A DNA stretch of 64,000 bases. It comes from an uncultured delta proteobacterium. Its GTDB lineage: Bacteria > Desulfobacterota > Desulfobacteria > Desulfobacterales > UBA2156. Position 1 is the stretch's first letter, and each line of letters opens with the position of its first letter. The notes below the pieces were generated by a model, which made no database searches, had not been told where the DNA came from, and was given only the letters and a program-made list of their open reading frames with translations. The stretch is taken from assembly GCA_963736855.1 (NCBI GenBank), contig CAVTQK010000021.1:753929-817928 (forward strand), read 5' to 3'. The position numbers were made by a program, and so were the translations under genes. Of the stretch, positions 1 through 9,473 are shown in pieces.

Positions 1-330
1 ATGGAGTGGGCGATGAATAGAACGAAGATCGGCATTTCCCAGGATCAACTCGCTGACTTCTGTCGGCGCTGGCAGATTAGCGAGTTGGCTCTGTTTGGGT
101 CGGCGCTCCGCGAAGACTTTGGTCCAGACAGTGATGTAGACATTATGGTGACGTTTGCCCCTGGTGCAAAGTGGAGCCTTCTCGACCACGTGAGGATAGA
201 GCGAGAATTGGCTGACCTGTTGCACTGCAGGGTAGACCTGCTCACAAAACGAGCGGTTGAGCGAAGCGCCAACTGGATACTTCGCCGCGAGATTCTGAGC
301 ACAGCCGAGGTGGTCTATGGTGAGGGATGA
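1..330 (+). CDS. Minimal nucleotidyltransferase (MNT) antitoxin of an MNT-HEPN pair
   Basis: LFGS...SDVD motif; overlaps downstream HEPN/DUF86 gene; true start may be ATG 13. Confidence 0.9.
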   Translation: MEWAMNRTKIGISQDQLADFCRRWQISELALFGSALREDFGPDSDVDIMVTFAPGAKWSLLDHVRIERELADLLHCRVDLLTKRAVERSANWILRREILSTAEVVYGEG

Positions 331-655
331 GGCGGTGCTGTTAGACATCGTCCGGGCAGCTCGTCTGGTGCTTGAATTCAAGCAAGGTATGGGGAGGTCC
401 GCTTTTTTTGAAGATGTGAAGACTCAGTCAGCCATCCTGCACCAATTGATGTTGATGGGAGAAGCTGTAAAGCGGCTATCGGCGGAATTTCGCGCCCGTC
501 ATCCCCGAGTTCCGTGGTCGCTCATGGCGGGGATGCGAGACAAGCTGATTCATGGGTACGACATAGTGGACCTGGAGCAGGTTTGGCAGACAGCCGGTGA
601 GGATGTGCCAGAGTTGCTAGCTTTGATTGAACCCCTTCTGCCAAGGCAGGAGTGA
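317..655 (+). CDS. HEPN/DUF86 (HepT-like) RNase toxin
   Basis: GEAVK and MRDKLIHGY (Rx4H) motifs. Confidence 0.9.
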   Translation: MVRDEAVLLDIVRAARLVLEFKQGMGRSAFFEDVKTQSAILHQLMLMGEAVKRLSAEFRARHPRVPWSLMAGMRDKLIHGYDIVDLEQVWQTAGEDVPELLALIEPLLPRQE

Positions 656-705
656 AGGGAAGACCAGCCTGGGCACTGTGCTATCTGGTCGGCAAAGGTG
701 CCGCC

Positions 706-779
706 GCCCAACGAATAAGACTTCGCAGCGGACCATCAAAAGCTGCGCTTTTGCTGTCTGCTGAATTCAGGCGTTAGCG
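706..779 (+). other. attC site
   Basis: GCCCAAC ... internal palindrome ... GTTAGCG between cassette ORFs. Confidence 0.75.
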
Positions 780-814
780 TGCTCGCTCTGCCGGCAAAAG
801 ATAGGAAGAGAACT

Positions 815-1123
815 ATGATCAAAACAAAGCAGGACGTCCTAAATGTGCTCGATCAGCACCAATCCCAGCTGAGAGCACTTGGAGTGAGACGCATCGGGCT
901 ATTCGGTTCCTTTGTACGAGGAGAGCAACGGCCCGACAGTGACATAGATCTACTGGTCGAATTCGAGCCAGGACAAAAGACATTCGATACGTTTATGGAA
1001 CTCTCCTTCCTTCTGGAGGAAGTTCTAGAGCATAGGATCGAACTTGTCACCGTGGAGGCTCTCAGTCCCTATCTTGGTCCTCACATCCTCAGGGAGGTCG
1101 AGTATGCCACTCTCGCCGCTTGA
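815..1123 (+). CDS. MNT antitoxin (second pair)
   Basis: LFGSFVRGEQRPDSDIDLLVEF; ATG 815 preferred over GTG 779 at the attC end. Confidence 0.9.
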   Translation: MIKTKQDVLNVLDQHQSQLRALGVRRIGLFGSFVRGEQRPDSDIDLLVEFEPGQKTFDTFMELSFLLEEVLEHRIELVTVEALSPYLGPHILREVEYATLAA

Positions 1124-1310
1124 ATACCTTCGTCACATACTGGATGAGACCGAATACCTGATGGATGAAAGTCACGGTTTAAGCAAGGAGCACTTTCTGC
1201 AAGACGGAACGCTCAAGCGTGCCTTTGTGAGAAGCATCGAAATCATCGGAGAAGCGTCAAAGAAAGTACCCCTTCAGCTAAAGGATCGATATCCCGGAGT
1301 CAACTGGAAA
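1104..1310 (+). pseudogene. Truncated HEPN/DUF86 toxin
   Basis: RSIEIIGEASKK...PGVNWK, then homology stops before the catalytic Rx4H motif and runs into GC palindromes. Confidence 0.8.
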
Positions 1311-1396
1311 GCTAAGGAGGTTTATCCCGCTGCAGGCGGGGCGCACTCAAAGCGAATCGGCTTGTCCGCTGTAGGCGGAGCATCCAGTTAGGGCGT

Positions 1397-1736
1397 CACA
1401 TCGATCTTGTCGTTTTTTGTTTTGCCGCCGTGGATCGCTTTCATGTATAATGCGTGTCCGAGAACAAACGGTATTTTGTGTGCGGCACAAAGGTCGGCAA
1501 CCCGTTGCCAGTCGAAGATCCCGCCTGAAAGGCGGGGCAGAAAACACATTCAACGCCGACCACGACATCTTTAATGTCAGCGGTGACATCACTTTACCGT
1601 CACAAGCGAAAGGGGGCAACCCGCAGGGCGTTTTCTGTGCGAGAATGGGCCCTTAATCAGCTCGTCGGAGCACAGAAAACAAACTGCGGTTAATTCAACG
1701 ATGCCTCCCTTTTTAGGAAGGCCATAACTAGTATCA
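1397..1736 (-). mobile_element. IS110-family remnant: left end plus N-terminal transposase fragment, inserted in an attC
   Basis: Minus-strand translation gives DVVVGVECVFC..W..VADLCAAHKIPFVLGHALYMKAIHGGKTKNDKID (IS110 DEDD domain motif as I recall it); 1600-1736 nearly identical to reverse complement of 58705-58840. Confidence 0.8.
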
Positions 1737-1815
1737 AGCGGGTCGAGCAGACCGGTAATTGTTCCTGCCTTTATTTGGGCTTGGCTGGCCAGGCTGCTCA
1801 CCCTTTACGTTATAA
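1735..1815 (+). other. Right part of an attC interrupted by the IS110 remnant
   Basis: CAAGCG GGTCGAGCAG ... CTGCTCACCC ... GTTATAA; R'' box displaced. Confidence 0.7.
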
Positions 1816-1857
1816 GGATAGAAAATTTAGATTTTATAGGATGACGGTATTGGGAGG

Positions 1858-2046
1858 TTAAAATTTTGGTTCTAAACCAGCCTGCTTACAGATTTCATTA
1901 GCTGTTATTCGATCGAATTGTTTATGTCTTTTGACAGAGATTACCTTGGTATCATTCGTGTATATGGCATGATTACCGCCTTCCCTCAAAAGGTAAAAGC
2001 CGTTCTTTTCCAAGTAGCGGATTAAGTCACGTCGCTTGACAGACAT
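1858..2046 (-). CDS. hicA: HicA toxin
   Basis: KRRDLIRYLEKNGF..LREGGNH..RH motif; inverted in its cassette. Confidence 0.9.
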   Translation of the reverse strand: MSVKRRDLIRYLEKNGFYLLREGGNHAIYTNDTKVISVKRHKQFDRITANEICKQAGLEPKF

Positions 2047-2263
2047 TTTCGACTTCAACCGGAAGCTGTTCGATTAGCGCATTTCCTAAAGGAACTTCCT
2101 TTTTGAGCTGGCTGTAAGCGAGGATCATTTCACTGAGTGCATCTCTTAACATTTCGCGGCACTCTTCGAGGTCCTTACCTTCAGTGACAACTTCCGGCCA
2201 TTCGACAAGCTGGCCCATATATCCGGATTTAATTTTCGTATACTTTGCGGTATAATTGATCAT
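2027..2263 (-). CDS. hicB: HicB antitoxin
   Basis: EWPEVVTEGKDLEECREMLRDAL; overlaps hicA. Confidence 0.9.
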   Translation of the reverse strand: MINYTAKYTKIKSGYMGQLVEWPEVVTEGKDLEECREMLRDALSEMILAYSQLKKEVPLGNALIEQLPVEVENVCQAT

Positions 2264-2286
2264 TATTAACCTCCTGGGCTATATGT

Positions 2287-2315
2287 AATTTACACATTCT
2301 CGCTGATGATGTCAA
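2287..2315 (-). promoter_or_regulatory. sigma70 promoter for hicBA
   Basis: TTGACA-17bp-TAAATT on minus strand. Confidence 0.7.
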
Positions 2316-2367
2316 ATAACAATTTTAAAATTGAATAATTATAATGCCTTGAAAAATTTACTTTTTC

Positions 2368-2429
2368 TTATAACATCTGCATTCACAAGGACGCTCGTAA
2401 ACTCGCGCCTGTGATGCAGAGCGTTAGGG
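2368..2429 (+). other. attC site
   Basis: TTATAAC ATCTG CATTCACA ... TGTGATG CAGAGC GTTAGGG; canonical 5/6 spacers and extrahelical base. Confidence 0.9.
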
Positions 2430-2493
2430 TGGGTGGTCCCGTTGACCCCCAAGAAAAACGACATCTTTACAATTTTATAGAGGATTGTGGCAC

Positions 2494-3354
2494 ATGACAG
2501 GGCCAATACTGAGTTCTCACGCCGAGTTTTCTCATACAGTGCTTCCGGTCGTGGAAAAAGCTGTATTTCGTATGGGTGTCGCTGGTTCCTATGGTATTGA
2601 TTCCACTGATATCAGATGGGCCGCTGACCACGGGGCTAATTACTGGGTCTGGGGAAGAGGTTTCGGCAAGGTCACAGACGGAATCAGGGAAGTCATTAAG
2701 GGTGATCGCGAAAACCATGTGGTTGGCATGCTCGGGTGGGGCTTTTTCGGCTGGCAGGTGAGGCGGAGTGCGGAAAATGCCCTGCGGAAACTTGGTACGG
2801 ACTACCTGGATGTTTTCAAGCTGGGGTGGCTTGGGAGAACATCAATTTACAGTAAGGGAATGATCGACACCCTTCTGAAACTCAAACAAGAAGGTAAGAT
2901 ACGAAGCATCGGCACCAGCATCCATGATCGAAAGAAGGCTGGAAGGCTAGTGCTGGACTCAGAGATCGATCTGTTCATGATCCGTTACAATGCCAAGCAC
3001 CCTGGAGCCGAACAGGATATCTTTCCTCACCTGTCAAAGCGAAATCCGGCAGTGGTCAGTTATACGGCATTGGCTTGGGGGCAGCTGATCAGGCCATTGA
3101 AAGAAATCGCTATGCCTCCCTGGCCCGGCGGGGAGAGCTTCAATGGCCCGCCTCTTTCTCCGGAGCTCTGTTACCGGTTTGTTCTGACGAATCCAAATGT
3201 GCACGTTGTGTTGACCGGGCCGCAAAACCGGGAGCAGCTCAGTCAGAATATGGATGCAATAAAACAAGGGCCGTTGGATCCGGATGAAATGAGCTGGATC
3301 AGGCAGTACGGTCAATTGGTCAAATTAAAGAAAAGACTTGATTATCTGGGATAG
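2494..3354 (+). CDS. Aldo/keto reductase family protein
   Basis: LRKLGTDYLD, GKIRSIGTS, PNVHVVLTGP motifs. Confidence 0.85.
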   Translation: MTGPILSSHAEFSHTVLPVVEKAVFRMGVAGSYGIDSTDIRWAADHGANYWVWGRGFGKVTDGIREVIKGDRENHVVGMLGWGFFGWQVRRSAENALRKLGTDYLDVFKLGWLGRTSIYSKGMIDTLLKLKQEGKIRSIGTSIHDRKKAGRLVLDSEIDLFMIRYNAKHPGAEQDIFPHLSKRNPAVVSYTALAWGQLIRPLKEIAMPPWPGGESFNGPPLSPELCYRFVLTNPNVHVVLTGPQNREQLSQNMDAIKQGPLDPDEMSWIRQYGQLVKLKKRLDYLG

Positions 3355-3447
3355 ACGTAATTTCCAATTCCTTAACTTGAGGGACCGGACCGCACTAAGC
3401 GATCAATATGGGCAACATGGGCAACAATTTAATCAATCGGCGAAATC

Positions 3448-3507
3448 ACCGAACAAAATCTTCCAGCGGAGCACAAAAAGCCGCGCCCGTTGAAAAGTCC
3501 GTTAGGC
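3448..3507 (+). other. attC site
   Basis: ACCGAAC AAAAT CTTCCAGC ... GTTGAAAAG TCC GTTAGGC. Confidence 0.75.
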
Positions 3508-3525
3508 CAGAGGCCACAAGCTGCT

Positions 3526-3966
3526 ATGATCAAAATAAACAACTGCAAACCTGCCGTAACTAACCATCTCCTTTTGTTTCTTGCAGGACTTGTTTGGATA
3601 TTTGTTGGTATCACGCTTTTGTTTTTAGCATTTTCATGGCTATCAAGGGCAGCAAATATTGACGTTCAGTTGTTCACGATTACTGGAGTAATATTGGCAT
3701 TATTTGTTCATCACCTTGGCTTCTTAAAAATAGCAGATAAAAATTTACAGAGAATACTTTTAATGCATGGGAAGAGCTGTCTATTTGCCTTTATTCCTTG
3801 GAAAAGCTATCTAATTATTGCTGTTATGATTACGATAGGAGCAATTCTTCGTCATTCAACAATTCAAAAACAATATTTAGCGGTCTTATATATAGGCATT
3901 GGTTTAGCTCTTGTTTTATCGAGTGCCAGATATTTCAGAGTCTTCATTCGAGAAATTAGGAGGTAA
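3526..3966 (+). CDS. Hypothetical 4-TM membrane protein
   Basis: Hydrophobic segments; bounded by attC sites. Confidence 0.75.
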   Translation: MIKINNCKPAVTNHLLLFLAGLVWIFVGITLLFLAFSWLSRAANIDVQLFTITGVILALFVHHLGFLKIADKNLQRILLMHGKSCLFAFIPWKSYLIIAVMITIGAILRHSTIQKQYLAVLYIGIGLALVLSSARYFRVFIREIRR

Positions 3967-3969
3967 TTG

Positions 3970-4032
3970 GCCTAGCCAGCCAGTTCACCAGTCCTCCGAA
4001 AAGCGTGGCGGCTGATGACCGGCACGTTAGGA
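3970..4032 (+). other. attC site (degenerate R'')
   Basis: GCCTAGC CAGCC AGTTCACC ... TGATGAC CGGCAC GTTAGGA. Confidence 0.7.
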
Positions 4033-4039
4033 GCGAAGA

Positions 4040-4738
4040 ATGATAAACGAAAAGATCGAGATTGTTTTACCAGAGAACATTATGGAAAACTGGCAGGAAC
4101 TCCTTAACATCCTATCCCACACTGCGAACATTCCTGCCGCATTGATTATGAGATTGCGCGATGCTGATATTGAGGTGTTTGTTTCCAGCCAGAGCGAAGG
4201 AAATCCTTACCATCCAGGTGACAGTGAGCAGTTCCATGGGTCGGGACTGTATTGTGAAACCGTCATTAAAACGCAGAACAAACTTCTTGTGCCCGATGCT
4301 CTGGTAGACGACAACTGGAATAATAACCCAGACATAAAGCTCAACATGATTTCCTATTTAGGATTTCCCCTTATGTTGCCAAATAAACAACCGTTCGGCA
4401 CTATTTGTGTTCTTGATAACAAGAGAAATGAATATTCGAAAACACTTGAAAATCTCATGCTAAATTTCAAGAAATTGATAGAAACACATCTCGAAATGAT
4501 TTATGTGAATGCAGTGCTTGGCGATAAAAACAAACGATTATCAGACTATTTGATGGAGCTTCAAGCTCTACGAGGCGTCGTCCCAATTTGCGCAAACTGC
4601 AAAAACATCAAAGATAAAGAAGACAATTGGCATCCCATTGAGCATTATCTTATTCGACATCCTCATGCTGATTTCAGCCACGGTATTTGCCCTGCGTGCA
4701 TGAAAAAGCTGTACCCGCAATTTAAAGAACGCTCCTAA
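4040..4738 (+). CDS. GAF domain protein with C-terminal Cys/His Zn motif
   Basis: YLGFPL..P..FGTICVLD; ICANCK...SHGICPAC. Confidence 0.85.
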   Translation: MINEKIEIVLPENIMENWQELLNILSHTANIPAALIMRLRDADIEVFVSSQSEGNPYHPGDSEQFHGSGLYCETVIKTQNKLLVPDALVDDNWNNNPDIKLNMISYLGFPLMLPNKQPFGTICVLDNKRNEYSKTLENLMLNFKKLIETHLEMIYVNAVLGDKNKRLSDYLMELQALRGVVPICANCKNIKDKEDNWHPIEHYLIRHPHADFSHGICPACMKKLYPQFKERS

Positions 4739-4761
4739 CCAAGAAGAGTGAGTACGGGCTT

Positions 4762-5145
4762 ATGACAGACGAAGAAAAGAAAAACGCAATCCGAAGCTAT
4801 CTTGCTGCGTACAACGGATTCGATATTGAAGGAATGGTTGCCATCGTCCATCCCGAGGTTGTTTTTAAGAATGTTTCGGGCGGTGAGGTCAATGCCCAAA
4901 CAGAAGGTGTCGAGCAATTCCGACAGTTGGCGAACAAATCGAAAGCGTTGTTTTCATCTCGGAATCAGAAGGCAACCAAATTCAACTTTACCGGAGACAT
5001 CGTTACAGTGGATATCACATATGAGGGTGTCCTGGCTGTCGATCTTCCAAATGGAATGAAAGCCGGAGAAGTACTTCGGCTCAACGGGCGATCGGAGTTT
5101 GAATTCAAAGATGGCAAAATGTTTAAAATTACTGACTTCAGCTAG
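4762..5145 (+). CDS. SnoaL/NTF2-like protein
   Basis: YLAAYNGFDIEGM...GRSEFEFKDGK. Confidence 0.8.
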   Translation: MTDEEKKNAIRSYLAAYNGFDIEGMVAIVHPEVVFKNVSGGEVNAQTEGVEQFRQLANKSKALFSSRNQKATKFNFTGDIVTVDITYEGVLAVDLPNGMKAGEVLRLNGRSEFEFKDGKMFKITDFS

Positions 5146-5157
5146 GCGCAGAAATCC

Positions 5158-5238
5158 GCATAACAACTCGTTCAACGCATTCTCGCCAAAACGCCTCTTT
5201 GCTCTGCTTTGGCAAACCGGTTAACGCGAACTTTAGAT
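5158..5238 (+). other. attC site (degenerate R')
   Basis: GCATAAC AACTC GTTCAACG ... GGTTAAC GCGAAC TTTAGAT. Confidence 0.65.
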
Positions 5239-5259
5239 TTTATACATTGATGAGATAAT

Positions 5260-5583
5260 ATGAAGCTTAATAAGTGGTTTAAGAGATTACTCAAATTGAT
5301 ATTGGCAATTGCTATATTTTCGTTTGCAGGGATCTTCTTTCTTACAGGTGGTAAATTTTTCAAAAAAACAGGCATTTCAAACTGTGTTATTGTAAATGAT
5401 GAAAAAGATTTTACAGGCAATCGGCTTAAACATTCTAAATCGCTTTTCTATTTTCGTATACCAACTATCGAATGCATTGCAAAAGATAAGCAAATCGACA
5501 ATGGAGACGGAAACAAGAAGGGTAAAGTCAGGTGGGCCGAGTGTACGTACGGGCCTGATTGTGATGAAGCAGGCATGTTTTAG
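5260..5583 (+). CDS. Hypothetical membrane-anchored Cys-containing protein
   Basis: N-terminal TM segment; follows attC. Confidence 0.65.
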   Translation: MKLNKWFKRLLKLILAIAIFSFAGIFFLTGGKFFKKTGISNCVIVNDEKDFTGNRLKHSKSLFYFRIPTIECIAKDKQIDNGDGNKKGKVRWAECTYGPDCDEAGMF

Positions 5584-5649
5584 TGGTGTTATCAAATCCT
5601 TCGACTCATTGAAAACAACTCAAAAACAGTCACAAAATAAGGAGGCACT

Positions 5650-6507
5650 ATGGTAAATAACTTAAGGAGTACATGGTTCTTCTGTATCATCTTTGTTATT
5701 GTCTTCGGAGCATTTTCTATGGCAGGAGGAGAATCTGAATTTAAGGACACGCCGTACTTTTCCGGAGTGTCGAGCCATAAAATTACTGAAGCCTCAGATC
5801 AGGAGTTCGCTGATTATCGTTTTTATAACGGCAAGGATTGCACTACAATAGAGGGAAAAAAGTATTTCAGGGTGTATACCTTAAAAGAAGGGGCAAAGCA
5901 GTCCAGCGAACTTCAGATTTCGCGTAACTATTCGAATTCCGTCAAGAGTATGGGCGGTACGGTGATATTCGACGGGGAGTGCTCTGGTTCGGACTGTGCA
6001 GAAAACTGCGGCGGTCGCATGATGGTTGGAAGGGTCACAAAGGGGGGCAATGAGCTTTGGATTGAGGTGGCGCCTTTCAATGACGGGAATGATTATTACC
6101 TAACTGTCGTGGTTAAGGAGGCCATGAAACAGGACGTCACAGCCAGTGACATGTTCGATGCCCTCAATTGTGAAGGGCATATTGCCCTATACATAAACTT
6201 TGATACCGGCAAGTCGATTATTAAACCTGATTCCAAGCAAACCATTTCTCAAATCGTTCAGATGTTAAAAGCTAACCCCGGACTGAATATAAGCATCGAG
6301 GGGCACACAGATAATATGGGTAACCCTAAATCGAACAAGACGCTCTCTGATGAACGGGCAAAGGCAGTTGTTTCGGCGATTGTGGCTCAGGGGATTGATG
6401 CGAAACGCCTGAGCGCTTTAGGGCATGGTCAAGAGAAACCTGTTGCTGATAATAAAACAGAGGAAGGCAGAGCGAAGAACCGCAGGGTCGAACTTGTGAA
6501 GAAATAA
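5650..6507 (+). CDS. OmpA-family peptidoglycan-binding protein
   Basis: IEGHTD..N..LS..RA..KNRRVE; signal peptide; AAGGAGG RBS. Confidence 0.9.
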   Translation: MVNNLRSTWFFCIIFVIVFGAFSMAGGESEFKDTPYFSGVSSHKITEASDQEFADYRFYNGKDCTTIEGKKYFRVYTLKEGAKQSSELQISRNYSNSVKSMGGTVIFDGECSGSDCAENCGGRMMVGRVTKGGNELWIEVAPFNDGNDYYLTVVVKEAMKQDVTASDMFDALNCEGHIALYINFDTGKSIIKPDSKQTISQIVQMLKANPGLNISIEGHTDNMGNPKSNKTLSDERAKAVVSAIVAQGIDAKRLSALGHGQEKPVADNKTEEGRAKNRRVELVKK

Positions 6508-6581
6508 GCTATACAACACCGCATGATAATAGGGGAAGGGGTTTCCTTAGCCGTAAAGAATAAGGGGGTATTTGAAAAAGC

Positions 6582-7349
6582 ATGTCGGATATACACGAGA
6601 CAGTAAAGAAACAATTTGACAATCAAGCATCGAATTTCAGTAATTGGTCCGTTACAAAAAATACTGAATATCAAAGGGCTTATTTTGATTTTTGTGGAAG
6701 CTCCACAAAGGACACATTATTAGATTTTGCGTGTGGGACAGGTGAATATGCTATTTTCGCAGCACCAAAGGTTAAATATGTTCAAGGTGTTGATATCTCA
6801 AAGGGAATGATTGAGATAGCGCGAAAGCAAGCAAAGCGAGAAAATATCAATAACATTAGCTTCTTGTGCAATCCGGTCGAACATACTCCTTTTGAGGCTG
6901 GCTCCTTCTCCGTTGTGGTTTGTCGATCAGCATTTCATCATTTCCATGATTATGCAGGAATTTTTGATGAAATGATTCGATGCTGTCAGCAAAGTGGACG
7001 AATAAGCGTGCAAGATATTGTTGCCTATCCAAACGATAAAATAGATAATTTTTTTGAAGAATTTGAAAAATTGGTTGATATAAGTCATCATAAAACATTG
7101 ACCAAAGAATTTATTTTGAACTTGTATACCCAAAGGGGACTAAAAATAAAGAATACATTTGAAATTGAGGTCGAACTCAATTTTCAAGAATATCTGGGAC
7201 ATGCTAAACAATCAGAAGAAAATAAAAAAAGAATAATTAATCTAATTGAAAAAGGATCCAAAGATCAAGATATTTCAAAATTCTTTATCCTTAAAGAAGG
7301 AGTCCTATTTTTCAAACGAAATGTCTTTTTAATATTAGGTGAGAAATAA
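6582..7349 (+). CDS. Class I SAM-dependent methyltransferase
   Basis: LLDFACGTG; GVDIS; AFHHF. Confidence 0.9.
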   Translation: MSDIHETVKKQFDNQASNFSNWSVTKNTEYQRAYFDFCGSSTKDTLLDFACGTGEYAIFAAPKVKYVQGVDISKGMIEIARKQAKRENINNISFLCNPVEHTPFEAGSFSVVVCRSAFHHFHDYAGIFDEMIRCCQQSGRISVQDIVAYPNDKIDNFFEEFEKLVDISHHKTLTKEFILNLYTQRGLKIKNTFEIEVELNFQEYLGHAKQSEENKKRIINLIEKGSKDQDISKFFILKEGVLFFKRNVFLILGEK

Positions 7350-7367
7350 AGTCGAAAGAGTGAAAAC

Positions 7368-7436
7368 GGCTAACAATTGGGTGCAGGGGATTGCTTTCCG
7401 CTGCGCACCAAGCAACCCATGACCCATGCGTTCGGT
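7368..7436 (+). other. attC site
   Basis: GGCTAAC AATTG GGTGCAGG ... CATGACC CATGC GTTCGGT. Confidence 0.8.
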
Positions 7437-7444
7437 GGCAAGAT

Positions 7445-8506
7445 ATGATGAAACTAAGCGATATAGGTTTTGACAACCGGTTTGAAGCACATGTCGAAGA
7501 CTTGCGTCAAGAGGGTCAAGACATTGCACGCGTGTCAGCAGTTGACCGGGGCTCGTACCTCGTTAGGAATGAACTCAGGGAAGTTCCCGCCGAACTTGCC
7601 GGGAAGTTTTATTTTCGTGTTGAGTCCTCTGTTGACCTTCCGTGTGTCGGCGATTGGGTTACTGTACAGTATCACAACGATGACACTTCGGCAATTATCC
7701 ATGGCGTCTTTCCAAGAAAAACGTTTTTGCGTCGCAAGCGTGCCGGTGAAAATGTTGATTTCCAGATGATTGCAGCCAACATTGACATAGCTTTTATCGT
7801 CCAATCGTGTCACTTTGACTTCAATCTGCGAAGAATGGATCGGTATTTGGTAATGGCAACGGATGGCGATGTTGAGCCGATTGTCATCCTCACCAAGACG
7901 GACCTGATTTCTCATGATGAACTACAACGAAAGCTTATGGCTATCAGACAGACTGGCATCACAGCCAGAGTTATCACCCTGAGTAATATAACTGGCAACG
8001 GATTTGATGAATTCCAACAGGTGTTAATGCCGGGGCAAACGTATTGCCTTCTTGGGTCATCGGGAGTCGGCAAGACTACAATCATCAACCGTCTGATCGG
8101 GCAAGACACATTTTATACAAAGGCCGTCAGCGGAACTGGAGAAGGCACACACACAACAGCGCGGCGGCAGCTCATCATGCTTGATCAAGGGGCGATGTTT
8201 GTTGATACACCCGGAATGCGGGAACTGGGCCTTCTCGGAACCAGCGATGCGATAAATCAAAGTTTTGAAGACATTTATGAACTTTCCGTGACTTGTCGCT
8301 TTGCCAACTGTAGCCACACTCAAGAGCCTGACTGTGCGGTCTTGACCGCAATTAAAAAAGGTGAGTTGAGTGAAGAGCGATATTTTAGCTATATGAAGCT
8401 TAAGAAGGAATCGGAGTACCACGAAATGTCGTACGTGGATAAACGGAAAAAGGACAGAGCATTCGGACGCTTCATTAAAACGGCAATGAAGAAGATGAAG
8501 GATTGA
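7445..8506 (+). CDS. rsgA: Ribosome small subunit-dependent GTPase A (circularly permuted GTPase)
   Basis: TKTD, GSSGVGKT, HTT, DTPG, CRFANCSH..EPDC. Confidence 0.9.
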   Translation: MMKLSDIGFDNRFEAHVEDLRQEGQDIARVSAVDRGSYLVRNELREVPAELAGKFYFRVESSVDLPCVGDWVTVQYHNDDTSAIIHGVFPRKTFLRRKRAGENVDFQMIAANIDIAFIVQSCHFDFNLRRMDRYLVMATDGDVEPIVILTKTDLISHDELQRKLMAIRQTGITARVITLSNITGNGFDEFQQVLMPGQTYCLLGSSGVGKTTIINRLIGQDTFYTKAVSGTGEGTHTTARRQLIMLDQGAMFVDTPGMRELGLLGTSDAINQSFEDIYELSVTCRFANCSHTQEPDCAVLTAIKKGELSEERYFSYMKLKKESEYHEMSYVDKRKKDRAFGRFIKTAMKKMKD

Positions 8507-8515
8507 AAGACTGAA

Positions 8516-8579
8516 ACCGAACAACGCCATTTACCTGATCGCGTGGTGCCCGCGCTCCGGGTGATAGCTGGCGTTTTAA
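8516..8579 (+). other. attC site (degenerate)
   Basis: ACCGAAC AACGC CATTTACC ... GGTGATA GCTGGC GTTTTAA. Confidence 0.7.
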
Positions 8580-8593
8580 TTACTGGAAATGCA

Positions 8594-8920
8594 ATGGGAA
8601 AAATCAACTACTCAATAGAAATCGAGATATATAAAGGCCATGGCTGCGATTTCCATCATCTCGGAGAAAGGTTCAGCTATCCTGAGGATATCGGCAAAAT
8701 TTGCCCATGGTTATTGGATAGCATCAACGCAATGATCCGTGTTCTTCAATTTGGAGGCACCTTGCCGTGGAAATACCAAAATACCGAATATGAAAAAGTA
8801 ATCAACGAGGCCGGTCAAACCACGGAATTCGTGCGTTGCCCAGACCCAACCGATGCGGGTGTAATTGTTAAGATCACAAGAAATAAACTGGCTGAACCGA
8901 AAGAGGTCGGATGGTCATGA
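8594..8920 (+). CDS. TIGR04076-like small Cys protein
   Basis: C...G..F...ICP...CPDP pattern. Confidence 0.65.
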   Translation: MGKINYSIEIEIYKGHGCDFHHLGERFSYPEDIGKICPWLLDSINAMIRVLQFGGTLPWKYQNTEYEKVINEAGQTTEFVRCPDPTDAGVIVKITRNKLAEPKEVGWS

Positions 8921-8959
8921 GAATGGAATGGAAGGTAGAGAGGGAAGGAGGGAGGTCGA

Positions 8960-9421
8960 ATGAGACGACCGAATGATAGACCACACGAGAAACAACCGAA
9001 CAAAAAGGGTCTTGGTATACCTGAGTGGCGCAGGCGAACGGGCAGTTTCACATCGCTGTCTGTACTGCTTCTTGCCGCTTGGATAGCTCCTGTCCTGGCC
9101 GAGGAGCCTGCGGGCAAGGATCTGCGGCTGTTCTATCAGCAGAACTGCGTCGGTTGTCACGGGCCGGACGGCTCGGCGCTCAGCCCTGATGGCACGAAAC
9201 TCAGCGGGCAGGACTTGACCAATCCGCGCTGGCTACAGCGCACCGGGGACGAAGAGATGGTGAAGGTCATCCTGAATGGGAAGTTTTTCGGGCTGGCCAT
9301 GCCAAGATTCAAAGACAAACTCAGTAAGGACGAGGCCCAGCGGATGGTCACAGACATTATCCGCAAGAGTAAGAAGGGGAATGTGATCGAGCCAGAGTTA
9401 ACGGGGCCGGACGGAAAATAG
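8960..9421 (+). CDS. Monoheme cytochrome c
   Basis: CVGCH heme motif, distal AMP, signal peptide; start uncertain. Confidence 0.85.
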   Translation: MRRPNDRPHEKQPNKKGLGIPEWRRRTGSFTSLSVLLLAAWIAPVLAEEPAGKDLRLFYQQNCVGCHGPDGSALSPDGTKLSGQDLTNPRWLQRTGDEEMVKVILNGKFFGLAMPRFKDKLSKDEAQRMVTDIIRKSKKGNVIEPELTGPDGK

Positions 9422-9473
9422 TCTAGACTGGTTTAACGTTGGACGGCAGGGAACGGGGAGAGGAGAGAAACCG

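Noticed and set aside
1311-1393. Possible attC ending in GTTAGGG
   Set aside because: No proper R''/L boxes and the region is disrupted by GC palindromes; treated as a scar.
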